64,000 nucleotides of DNA from Microcoleus sp. (GTDB taxonomy: Bacteria > Cyanobacteriota > Cyanobacteriia > Cyanobacteriales > Microcoleaceae), in contig CP181291.1 in assembly GCA_052279835.1 (NCBI GenBank), positions 2,720,001 through 2,784,000 on the forward strand, in the 5' to 3' direction. This document shows positions 11,631-20,613 of the stretch, piece after piece. Below the pieces are notes generated by a model. That model did no database searches, had not been told where the DNA came from, and worked only from the letters and a program-made list of their open reading frames with translations. How positions within the stretch are numbered: the first letter of the stretch is position 1; each line of letters opens with the position of its first letter. The position numbers were made by a program, and so were the translations under genes.

Positions 11631-11751
11631 GGGAGCATCCCGATTTGGTAAGGGCGAAGCCTGACGGCTGTAAATCTCTGGTTATGACTAATAAATTGTC
11701 TACCGTCAGGCTTCGCCCCTACGAATATATTTGGAAAACACAGATGCACCC
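11631..11751. repeat. 121-bp palindromic miniature element, family A copy 1
   Basis: ends GGGAGCATC / GATGCACCC; internal stem GGGCGAAGCCTGACGG..CCGTCAGGCTTCGCCC; similar copies at ~40890 and 50818. Confidence 0.8.
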
Positions 11752-11915
11752 AAGGGTTTTTGATTGGGGATTGAAATTTCCCAATTCCCGATCCCGGAGT
11801 TACGGTGTCCTATAGCCCGTGCTTTACTTATACATTCTACCTATTTGATTAGTATTTTAAATGTATTGTTGCAAACCCAGAAAATAGTGATAAGGTATTT
11901 AACTGTGGTGCAAAT

Positions 11916-12000
11916 GGGTCGATGCCCGAGCGGTTAATGGGGGCGGACTGTAAATCCGCTGGCTACGCCTACGCTAGTTCAAATCTAGCTCGGCCCACCA
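11916..12000 (+). tRNA. trnY: tRNA-Tyr(GTA), CCA encoded
   Basis: acceptor GGGTCGA/TCGGCCC, anticodon arm GCGGA-CTGTAAA-TCCGC, long variable arm, TTCAAAT T-loop. Confidence 0.97.
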
Positions 12001-12064
12001 CTTTTTAATTAAAAGTTAAAATTTAAAAGTTAAAATTTTTAATTTGATATTTTTAATTGTCTAT

Positions 12065-12136
12065 GCCCGTATAACTCAGTGGTAGAGTACCTCCTTGGTA
12101 AGGAGGAAGTCACGAGTTCAAATCTCGTTACGGGCT
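12065..12136 (+). tRNA. trnT: tRNA-Thr(GGT)
   Basis: acceptor GCCCGTA/TACGGGC, anticodon arm CCTCC-TTGGTAA-GGAGG; usual Tyr-Thr pair. Confidence 0.97.
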
Positions 12137-12303
12137 TACTGCGTCCTAGTATATCTGTAAAGCGTTTCAGGTTTATCAGATAGTAAAAGAGTTAGTTATC
12201 CGCTCACATCTCGCTCAGTCCTGCTCTTCCGATTCAGGCTCGCCAGAAAATACTTTTTCGGCTCCACTTTGGTGCTAATGGTTTTATCAAAAAATTGGGT
12301 TGA

Positions 12304-13574
12304 AAACCCCGTCCTTAAGGACGGCTTTAATTCTTTGGTAGATTTTACCGAGCCTGTTAGAATGGAATAGTAAAACAAAGGACAAAGAATGAAAGCAAGA
12401 TTCCAATACAGATTCTATCCTACCACTCAACAACGCCAAAGTTTAGCGCAGTTGTTTGGTTGCGTGAGAGTTGTTTGGAATGATGCCTTAACTCAAAGCA
12501 AGTCAGGAAAATATCCAGGCTACAATACTCTATCCAAATCTCTAACTCTATCTAAAAAGACAGAAGAGAGAGCCTGGTTAAACGATGTATCATCCGTGCC
12601 ATTACAGCAATCCCTCAAACAATTAGATGTTGCTTACAAAAACTATTTTGACTCTCTAAAAGGGAAAAGGAAAGGCAAAAAAGTCGGTCAACCCAGGTTC
12701 AAAAAAAAGACTAACAGTCAATCTGCAACTTTTGTCAAATCGGGTTTTTCTATCAAAGGTGAGTCCGTCTATCTGGCAAAAATCGGAAATGTTAGTCCTA
12801 TCTGGTCGAGACAACTGCCATCAAACCCTAGCTGTGTCACAGCAATCAAAGACTGCGCCCACCGTTATTTCCTGAGCTTTGTTGTAGAGATTAATTCCGA
12901 TATTGTCGAAGCTAAAAACCACAGCATCGGCATCGATCTGGGCATTAAAACCTTTGCAGTGATGAGCGACGGAAGAGCGGCTAAAAGTCCAAGCTACAAA
13001 CAGTTAGACCGAAAAATTCGCAGACTGCAACGCAAATTGGCAAGGCAGCCCAAAGACTCAAAGCGCCGCAACAAAACTCGCATTCAGATTGCGAAACTGT
13101 ACAATCAAATTGGGGATACTCGTAAAGACTTTCTGCACAAACTATCGACCAAAGTTGTTAGTGAGAATCAAAGGATTATTTTGGAAGATTTGAACGTGTC
13201 TGGTATGGTCAAAAACCGCAAACTTGCCAGGGCGATTAGCCAACAGGGATGGTACGAGTTTAGGACTTTATGCGAGCGTCAGTCTGAAAAGTATGGCAGA
13301 GAGTTTAGGGTAATTAGTCGCTGGGAACCAACAAGTCAAATCTGTTCAAATTGCGGTTTTAGATGGGGAAAATTGGATTTAAAAATCCGCTCGGTTCAAT
13401 GCTTGAATTGCGGCAACGAACACGATCGCGATGAGAATGCAGCGAAGAATATAAACAAAGTCGGGATAGGGCATTGCCACGACTCTAAATGGACACAGAG
13501 AGAAGGTAAGACCACTTGTGGCACATCTCCGTGAAGTGTCAAGAATCCCACGGTACGGCCGGGGAGTATGTCAA
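12304..13574 (+). mobile_element. IS200/IS605-family element, tnpB only (IS1341-like)
   Basis: left-end hairpin CCGTCC-TTAA-GGACGG after TTGA; right-end hairpin followed by terminal TCAA (13571-13574); no tnpA; left boundary uncertain by about 1 nt. Confidence 0.8.
12389..13534 (+). CDS. tnpB: RNA-guided endonuclease TnpB
   Basis: HTH N-terminus (YRFYPT..FGCVRVVWN); RuvC GIDLG, LEDL, DRDENAAKNI; Zn finger CSNC..CLNC. Confidence 0.96.
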   Translation: MKARFQYRFYPTTQQRQSLAQLFGCVRVVWNDALTQSKSGKYPGYNTLSKSLTLSKKTEERAWLNDVSSVPLQQSLKQLDVAYKNYFDSLKGKRKGKKVGQPRFKKKTNSQSATFVKSGFSIKGESVYLAKIGNVSPIWSRQLPSNPSCVTAIKDCAHRYFLSFVVEINSDIVEAKNHSIGIDLGIKTFAVMSDGRAAKSPSYKQLDRKIRRLQRKLARQPKDSKRRNKTRIQIAKLYNQIGDTRKDFLHKLSTKVVSENQRIILEDLNVSGMVKNRKLARAISQQGWYEFRTLCERQSEKYGREFRVISRWEPTSQICSNCGFRWGKLDLKIRSVQCLNCGNEHDRDENAAKNINKVGIGHCHDSKWTQREGKTTCGTSP

Positions 13575-13623
13575 CTCAACCATACTGTACGAGTGCAAGT
13601 GGAGTCTATCGGATTTTTTCGAT

Positions 13624-14871
13624 TCAAAACACTGTTCCGTCGCTGGTTATCTGAATTGGCGGCACTCCACCAGCCCTCAATTCTCCGGCGATTTTCCGCC
13701 CCGCGCCCCAAGTTCCTCCTTGCAAAATCTTCACCAGCGGCAAATCAGTCGCACTCAAATCCAGCTTTTCTCGAATAGCTGTGGCAATTTTATCTAACAG
13801 ATGCACCGTGAGCGATCGCCATTCTACTATCACCTCCGAACCCGGTAAATAACTCTCGGCAAAAATCCCTAAATCTTTTGCCTGCAATAGCCCAATATCC
13901 AAACAAAAACCGCCGTTGCGATACTCAGACAATCCCGTTAACTCATCTAATTCCACGACTTCTAAACCAAGCTCTTGTAGCGGTTCCAACAGGGAATAAG
14001 TTAACCACTGGGAAAGTTTGTGAAACGGCACAAATTCCGAGTGCTGATATTCTGCCAACAGAGCCGGATGTGGCCAAACATCGCCTAAATTCACACCTCC
14101 AATTACATATCTCCCAGGCCAAATTTCCCCAAATCCTGTCAAAACAGCGCTCAAAACTTCCTGGGCCTTGATAGTTTTGAATCCACAAGAGTGAGTATCT
14201 AGCAAGTATTTTGCCAAATTGCCAGGGCGCGGGTTTTCTGGGCCAAACAATAATGGATGTTGGCAAATCGCCTTTCCCAAACGCTGCAACAATTCTAATC
14301 TACCCCCTAAACCAACTAGCGGATTTTCTCGACTTACTTGAAATCCAGTCGCTAAGGTTTCTAAGGTTAATTCAGAAAGTCCTAGAGCATCAGCTTGCCA
14401 CGGAAAATCGGGATTGCTGGAAAAAAGACCTTGACAAAACATCCGAAAAGTGGCTACGGCTAAGCCTTCGGAACGGCGGTAAATCTGTCCTGTTTCGGCT
14501 TCGCAATAGTGCCAATCTGCACCCGCACCGGCATCAAGCAAAACACTGATAATGGCTAAGTCAAATTTGATTTTAGTCTTTTCCAGGAGTGTAAGTTCTG
14601 CTATTTCTAGATCTAATTGAGCGAGTCGGGGCTGGTTTCCCACTTCAAAATGCCGCCAGCGACTGTGAAAGGGTATCTGGAAATCGGGATACTGTTCCCT
14701 AGTTGTCTCCATCACATAATTGGCAGCTTGGTCGAGTTTGGTTAAATCGATGCGGAAATGGCGGAGTTTATCTTCGGAGGCTAAATTAAACAGCCGATCG
14801 CACTTGTGGCGAATAGCAGCAGGTGTCCTCAGATATTCCACGGTTTCTAACTCTTTACTATTCAAGTTCAT
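13624..14871 (-). CDS. URC4/Urg3 family protein (DUF1688), uracil catabolism
   Basis: IPFHSRWRHF, SVLLDAGAG, RSEGLAVA, PFHKLSQWLTYSL, LQGGTW, SDGTVF C-terminus. Confidence 0.92.
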   Translation of the reverse strand: MNLNSKELETVEYLRTPAAIRHKCDRLFNLASEDKLRHFRIDLTKLDQAANYVMETTREQYPDFQIPFHSRWRHFEVGNQPRLAQLDLEIAELTLLEKTKIKFDLAIISVLLDAGAGADWHYCEAETGQIYRRSEGLAVATFRMFCQGLFSSNPDFPWQADALGLSELTLETLATGFQVSRENPLVGLGGRLELLQRLGKAICQHPLLFGPENPRPGNLAKYLLDTHSCGFKTIKAQEVLSAVLTGFGEIWPGRYVIGGVNLGDVWPHPALLAEYQHSEFVPFHKLSQWLTYSLLEPLQELGLEVVELDELTGLSEYRNGGFCLDIGLLQAKDLGIFAESYLPGSEVIVEWRSLTVHLLDKIATAIREKLDLSATDLPLVKILQGGTWGAGRKIAGELRAGGVPPIQITSDGTVF

Positions 14872-15950
14872 ATAACTAGGAAACGGTAAACATCATTTTC
14901 TTTAAAAAAGTCAAACTGACTATAATCTAAAATATTATCTAATATAACATTTTTATCTATTTTAATCAATTGATATTCCCACTTAGAACCGCTCACTTCC
15001 CGTTTGATTCTTTCAGAAACTATCACCGAATTTTTATCATATTTCGGAGAGATTATTTTGCTTAAATCTTCCAGCCTATCAGCTATGTTAATATCTTTAC
15101 CGTAGGTACAAGACCGAAATATATACAAATTTCCCTTAGCAACTCCCACCGACAACCCACAAGGTATTTGATGGGAATCGATAAAAATTTTCCAATTTTT
15201 ACACAAACTTTCCATGGCAGCCAGGGCTGAGTGAGATTCGGGGAAAGTGAGCAGGTGTGAATCGCCAACTATACTCCGAATTGTGCCACCGTATTCTTCG
15301 CAAATTGTTTTTTCAAAGGCATCAAAATTGGTGAGTAAATATTCTACATCTTTGATAGAATTAGATTCTTGATAGGCAATAAAACCTCTCAAATCAGCTT
15401 TGATGATGGCTTGATTTTCTACAATTCGCGTCTTATGACTTTGGTCAACTTTGTAGACTCTTTCAGGTTCGCTCATTCCTTTCAAAGAAAACTCATTGAC
15501 GAAGGATGTTTGCACTTCTGCTTTATTGAGGGCTAACCAAGCTGCTTGGGATAAATATATTTCATCCTGGGGAGTAACAGATTCTATGCGAGCTGTTAAA
15601 TTTACTGTATCACCAAAGATATCTTTATCTTGGTGCAAAACATCTCCTAAAGTAATTGAGACGCGAATCGCCAATCGTTCGTCATTGGATTTGCTAGATT
15701 GTTGTGCTCTCAATTCTTGCTGCATTTCTATGGCAGCCATAGCTGCGGCTGTTACACTAGGAAAAATCAGCCAAAATGAATCACCTTCTCCTTTAATCAA
15801 ACTGCCTTCATTTCTGGTGCTAATATCTAAAACAAAAGTTTTGTGTTCGTTCAACAAGCTACTTAATTCCGACTGAGATAATTTTTTTACTCTGACGGTA
15901 TATCCGCAAATATCTGTTTTTACTATCACAGTAGAACGTAAATTAGCCAT
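14868..15950 (-). CDS. tandem (two-domain) class III nucleotide cyclase
   Basis: domain 1 TDICGYT/IKGEGD/DIFGDTVNLTARIE; domain 2 ADLRGF/RSIVGD/CTYGKDINIADRLE; start at MANLRS avoids overlap with upstream gene; ATGA overlap with URC4 gene. Confidence 0.88.
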   Translation of the reverse strand: MANLRSTVIVKTDICGYTVRVKKLSQSELSSLLNEHKTFVLDISTRNEGSLIKGEGDSFWLIFPSVTAAAMAAIEMQQELRAQQSSKSNDERLAIRVSITLGDVLHQDKDIFGDTVNLTARIESVTPQDEIYLSQAAWLALNKAEVQTSFVNEFSLKGMSEPERVYKVDQSHKTRIVENQAIIKADLRGFIAYQESNSIKDVEYLLTNFDAFEKTICEEYGGTIRSIVGDSHLLTFPESHSALAAMESLCKNWKIFIDSHQIPCGLSVGVAKGNLYIFRSCTYGKDINIADRLEDLSKIISPKYDKNSVIVSERIKREVSGSKWEYQLIKIDKNVILDNILDYSQFDFFKENDVYRFLVI

Positions 15951-16029
15951 AACCTGCCTTGAGCGATCAAAAAAAAATAGCAATGAGTTTGATTTGACCA
16001 AGATGCGATGAATCGCGCTCGATCTCCAA

Positions 16030-17277
16030 TCAATCTTCCAAATCTCGTCCTTTAGTTTCTGCGAGGATTGTAGCATCGGGTACTCCCAATGGACTGTAAT
16101 AGCCAGCAGCTTTTTTAGCGATGATTTCGACTTGTGCATCTGCGGGAATCCGATCTTCTGGAATGGGGATGCGATCGACTACTTGAATGCCAGAATTGAC
16201 AATGGCATTGTATTTGAGATCGCTCATCGAAACTAAACTGTCAATCCGAGAAATTCCCAACCAGTGCAAAACATCTGGCATTAGTTCTTGAAAGCGCATA
16301 TCTTGAACTCCAGCAACACATTCAGTGCGAGTAAAATACTCATCAGGGCGATCGCCTCCAGTCTGCCTTTTTCTCGCATTGTACACCAAAAACTTAGTTA
16401 CTTCACCCAAAGCTCTGCCCTCCTTGCGAAAGTAAAGAATTACCCCCGATCCCCCTGCTTGTGCTGTTTGGATGCACATCTCAATTCCGTGTACCAAATA
16501 AGGACGACAAGTACAAATATCAGAACCAAAAACATCTGAACCATTACACTCGTCATGTACTCGTACCGCCAACTGCTTCTGTGGGTCAGAAATATGAGCT
16601 ACATCCCCAATAATATAAACTGTAGTTCCCCCAATCGGCGGCAAAAACACCTGCAATTCAGGTCGCTTCACTAAGTCAGAAAACATTCCCCCGGTTTGCT
16701 GAAACAGCACGCGGCGGAGAACTCTTTCTTCCACACCAATTCGATGGGCGATTCCCGGTAAATACCAAACCGGATCGATCGCGATTTTGGTTACTGCCAA
16801 ATTTCCGCCATCTTTCACAATTTTGCCATCAATCACTACCCGATTTTGGGCAATAGCTTCTTGAAGTTCGGGCAGATTAATGTGAGCTTTTGTTACTGCA
16901 ATTGTCGGTCTAATATCGTATCCCTGCTGATAAAACGAGGTGTAAATTTCGCTAACCAAAGCGCCAAAAGGATCGAGAGAAACAATCAAGTTAGCATCAC
17001 CCCAACTGGGGTGGGGTCCGATGTCGGCGGCGGGAGACGTGTTAGTAAAATCGGGGCGGTGATTTGCTTGGAGTGCCCCGTTGGCTACGGCTAGCGCCCG
17101 ATAAACAGAGTAGGAACCGGAGTGAGTGCCGATCGCATTGCGGTGAGAGGATTTGCTAAGACTAGCAATCACCGGGCCTCGTTTCAGCGGATCGATTTCT
17201 CCCCAATAAATAGGAAGAGGTTTTCTGGGAGATATCTTGGGGTGAGAACTTAAAAATATATCCTTGGGTGTTGACAC
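16030..17277 (-). CDS. GTP cyclohydrolase II-like protein with N-terminal extension (URC1/Urg1 family)
   Basis: RNAIGTHSGSYSVYRALA N-domain; RVHDECNGSDVFGSDICTC Zn motif; KEGRALGEVTK. Confidence 0.92.
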   Translation of the reverse strand: MSTPKDIFLSSHPKISPRKPLPIYWGEIDPLKRGPVIASLSKSSHRNAIGTHSGSYSVYRALAVANGALQANHRPDFTNTSPAADIGPHPSWGDANLIVSLDPFGALVSEIYTSFYQQGYDIRPTIAVTKAHINLPELQEAIAQNRVVIDGKIVKDGGNLAVTKIAIDPVWYLPGIAHRIGVEERVLRRVLFQQTGGMFSDLVKRPELQVFLPPIGGTTVYIIGDVAHISDPQKQLAVRVHDECNGSDVFGSDICTCRPYLVHGIEMCIQTAQAGGSGVILYFRKEGRALGEVTKFLVYNARKRQTGGDRPDEYFTRTECVAGVQDMRFQELMPDVLHWLGISRIDSLVSMSDLKYNAIVNSGIQVVDRIPIPEDRIPADAQVEIIAKKAAGYYSPLGVPDATILAETKGRDLED

Positions 17278-17609
17278 AGTTTTTCTGGCTCTAGTTATGG
17301 ATGCTGCTAAAATCTAAAATCGATTGACTAGGGAAATTTTCTCAAAAATTAAAGATTTTTCATTTGTGATTCAGCGATCGGGGCTAAACTGCCAATAATC
17401 AAGGTACATACTCTACCCTAGTTTATCTAGTAATTTTATCTGACTTTTGGCTGATTTTTAGGCAAGAAAATACAGCAAAATACAGAGGAAACCGAAAAAT
17501 TAACAAACAGATTAACCTGAAAATTATAGAGGTTTACAACTCCTGAAATAGTTGCTATAGTTACAAATGATAGCACTAAATTATCCATAAATATTAACTC
17601 ATAGATTGA

Positions 17610-18945
17610 ATGTTGCCAACTACATCTAATTATTTGCTAAAAAATGCTTGCGTGCCGGTGTCTCTGTTGGAGATTCCATCGATCGCGCTGAAGTCCGAAC
17701 CAGTCGCAGTCACAGAGACTGGCGAGGGTTTGTGTGTAGTGGATGTGGAAATTGGCGCCGGGGCGATCGCCAAAATTACCCCCTCCGGTAAGGAACCTTT
17801 ATCACAACTTGCAGATATCCCAGTGGTAGATTGTCGAGGAGGCCTAGTTTGGCCATGCTTTGTGGATATACACACCCATTTAGACAAAGGTCATATTTGG
17901 GAAAGAGCACCCAATCCCGATGGTACATTTGCCAAAGCAATCTTGACAGTGGGCGCTGACACTCAAAAAAACTGGGACCCCAGAGGACATTTATCGGCGG
18001 ATGGAGTTCGGGATTAAGTGCAGCTACGCCCACGGCACCAAAGCCATCCGCACCCATATCGACAGCGGAGGGGAACAGGCAAACTTTAGCTTAGCAGCAT
18101 TTGAAGAGTTGCGGACACAATGGGGCGATCGGCTAATGTTGCAAGCAGTTTCCCTAGTTTCCCTGGAATATTTACTAACACCAGCCGGGGAAAAATTAGC
18201 CGATAAAATGGCAGAAATTGGCGGTATTTTAGGCGGTGTTGCCTATATCAATCCAGACCTAGACCAACAACTAGATCGAGTTTTTGCCCTCGCCCAAGAA
18301 CGAGGCTTAAACCTCGATTTCCACACCGATGAAAATGACGATCCAGAATCAGTAACATTGCGACAAGTAGCCAAAACAGCCATCCGCCATCAATTCCCAG
18401 GTAAAATCATCTGCGGACACTGCTGTAGTTTAGCCGTCCAACCCCCAGAATTAATAACAGAAACTATCACCTTAGTCAAGGAAGCCAATATTGGCATTGT
18501 CAGCTTACCAATGTGCAATCTTTATCTCCAAGACAGACAAGCCCAGCGGACACCGCGCTGGCGGGGAGTGACGCTGGTGCACGAACTCAAAACAGCAGGA
18601 ATTCCCGTTGCTTTTGCTAGCGACAACTGTCGCGACCCCTTTTATGGATTTGGCGACCACGATGTTTTAGAAGTCTTCAATATGGCAGTCAGAATCGCTC
18701 ACTTAGATAGACCCTATGGAGATTGGCCCCGTGCGGTGACAAAGACTCCGGCAGATTTAATGGGATTGCCTAAATTGGGGAAAATAGCAGTAGGTTTACC
18801 AGCAGATTTGATTTTGTTTAAAGCCAGGAACTACAGCGAATTATTATCTAGGTCCCAGCGCGATCGCACAGTGTTGCGACAAGGCATTAAAATAGATACA
18901 ACCTTACCAGACTACCGCGAACTAGACGACTTGCTAACAAATTAA
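17610..18945 (+). pseudogene. codA: cytosine deaminase (amidohydrolase), split by a +1 frameshift
   Basis: DIHTHLDKGH in ORF 17610-18017; RTHID, DFHTDE, GHCCSL, SDNCRDPF in ORF 18001-18945; deleting one C of CCCC (17978-17981) gives continuous WDPEDIYRRMEFG; could be a sequencing error. Confidence 0.85.
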
Positions 18946-19099
18946 ACTTATAGCAATCCTCACATCAACTGTAAACTATTTCTCTTCTCTTCTCTTCCTT
19001 CGCGTCTTCGCGGTTCGTTAAAATCCATCGCTGTAATCTTGTCAATTCACAACTAACTTGATATAAATGTAAAGGTTAATTTAATGGAGGTTATTTTAA

Positions 19100-19774
19100 A
19101 TGAAAGCAGTTATTTTATTGTCGGGAGGGCTGGATTCCTCAACAGTTTTGTATCAAGCTAAAGCCGATGGCTGCGAATGTTACGCGATTTCCTTTGACTA
19201 CCAACAAAGACATCGGCGGGAGTTGGAATCAGCAAGGGCGATCGCACTTGCGGCTGGTGTTAAAGCACATCAGATAGTCAACTTTGACCTCACACTGTGG
19301 GGAGGTTCGGCGCTGACGGATAATCAGATGGATTTGCCGATCGACCGCACTTTGGGAGAAATGTCTCAAAACATCCCCAGTACCTACGTTCCAGCTAGAA
19401 ATACCATCTTTCTCAGCTTTGCCCTCGCCTACGCCGAAACCCTAGGAGCCCAGCGAATTTACATCGGTGTCAACGCTTTAGATTATTCCGGCTATCCCGA
19501 CTGTCGCCTCGATTACATCCAAGCCATGCAGGAAGTATTTCGGTTAGGAACCAAGCAAGGCAGAGAAGGAGAAGCTATTAAGATTATAACACCTTTGATC
19601 GAACTTAAAAAAACCGAAATTATTGAATTGGGTAACAAATTAGGAGTGCCTTGGGAGCAAACTTGGTCTTGCTATGCAGGCGGCGAAAATGCCTGTGGCG
19701 TTTGCGATTCTTGTCGGTTGCGGCTGGCCGCTTTTGAGGAATTAGGCTTAAAAGATCCGGTGCCTTACGCTTAA
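19100..19774 (+). CDS. queC: 7-cyano-7-deazaguanine synthase
   Basis: LSGGLDS, TYVPARN, GYPDCR, TWSCY..CGVCDSC. Confidence 0.97.
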   Translation: MKAVILLSGGLDSSTVLYQAKADGCECYAISFDYQQRHRRELESARAIALAAGVKAHQIVNFDLTLWGGSALTDNQMDLPIDRTLGEMSQNIPSTYVPARNTIFLSFALAYAETLGAQRIYIGVNALDYSGYPDCRLDYIQAMQEVFRLGTKQGREGEAIKIITPLIELKKTEIIELGNKLGVPWEQTWSCYAGGENACGVCDSCRLRLAAFEELGLKDPVPYA

Positions 19775-19797
19775 ATATGGCTGGCGCGCGGGTAGTC

Positions 19798-19861
19798 AGA
19801 AACCGGGTTGTTTCGAGTCTCTTCGCTGTCGCCCGCCGCCACGGTAAAAAACCCGGTTTCT
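19798..19861. repeat. 64-bp inverted-repeat element, family C
   Basis: AGAAACCGGGTT..AACCCGGTTTCT; same-length copy at 34763-34826; partial copies near 24716, 33123 and 55774. Confidence 0.7.
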
Positions 19862-19909
19862 AAGCATCGCAGTGCGTCAAAAACTGTTAGTTTTGAACCA
19901 GCAGGCTGC

Positions 19910-20422
19910 TTATTTAGCTTTCGGCTCATCCTCAACTTCCGGTTGACCCTGGTCTTTCTGTTCAAACTTAATTTCATTTTGCAACGAATTCAATGGCACT
20001 AAAAGCATCTCAGCTATTTGCGATTGTCCTCTAGCCCTGTAGATATCTATAGCTTTCTGAAAATCTTCCACTCCACCCTGTTTTTCTCCAATTACAGATC
20101 GAATACGAGCACGGATAATATAAGCTTCTACAAAGTCAGGATTGAGATTAATTGCTTGAGTAAAAGATTCAGCAGCTTCCTTATACAGTTCTCTGCGACC
20201 GAGGTCGAATCCTTGTTGATAAAGTTCTTGAGCTTTCATAGCATTCCTTAATTTCTGCTGTTCATCGCGCTTGCATAAAGGATCGAGTCTATTCACTTGA
20301 CCTGATGAATCAAGTATAAAGCACCCTGGTTCTTCCTGAGCATTCGCTACAGTCTGAAAAAAAGGTAGAGATGCAATAATGACAGAAGAAAAAGCAGAAA
20401 TTAAGTAGGAGTATTTCAGCAT
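19910..20422 (-). CDS. exported TPR protein
   Basis: signal peptide; CFILDSSGQVNRLDPLC motif; TPRs (AAESFTQAINLNPDFVEAY). Confidence 0.8.
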   Translation of the reverse strand: MLKYSYLISAFSSVIIASLPFFQTVANAQEEPGCFILDSSGQVNRLDPLCKRDEQQKLRNAMKAQELYQQGFDLGRRELYKEAAESFTQAINLNPDFVEAYIIRARIRSVIGEKQGGVEDFQKAIDIYRARGQSQIAEMLLVPLNSLQNEIKFEQKDQGQPEVEDEPKAK

Positions 20423-20613
20423 TACTGGTACTGTTTAAATATTATTTAGGTAGATATTAACCATACCTGTCTGGTTCCAATGATGACATTGGTCATGGCA
20501 ATAACTGATATAAATCACTTACAGTAAAATGGCTCAGCTCCTAAAATCCTATAAACACGCTCTGCAATAAATTTCGCAAGCATCATTTTGTAAGTATCAT
20601 TGGAGCTTCAGCT

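Noticed and set aside
11474..11815. short ORFs resembling part of the CHAT protein N-terminus
   Set aside because: Similarity comes from the family A repeat element, not from a gene
11916..13574. tRNA-anchored genomic island
   Set aside because: No integrase and no duplicated tRNA 3' end seen in the window
14868..15950. complete Pycsar/CBASS defence system
   Set aside because: No adjacent cyclic-nucleotide-binding TM or TIR effector, and domain 1 has adenine-type residues; kept only as a specificity hypothesis
15951..16139. 63-aa N-terminal extension of the cyclase ORF
   Set aside because: Overlaps the URC1 3' end; the cyclase fold begins at MANLRS
17551..17564. NtcA-like GTT-N8-TAC in the URC/codA divergent region
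   Set aside because: Imperfect and no clear -10 element at the expected spacing
19100..19774. queC as part of a Dpd or QatC-type defence system
   Set aside because: Canonical short QueC with no dpd or qat neighbours
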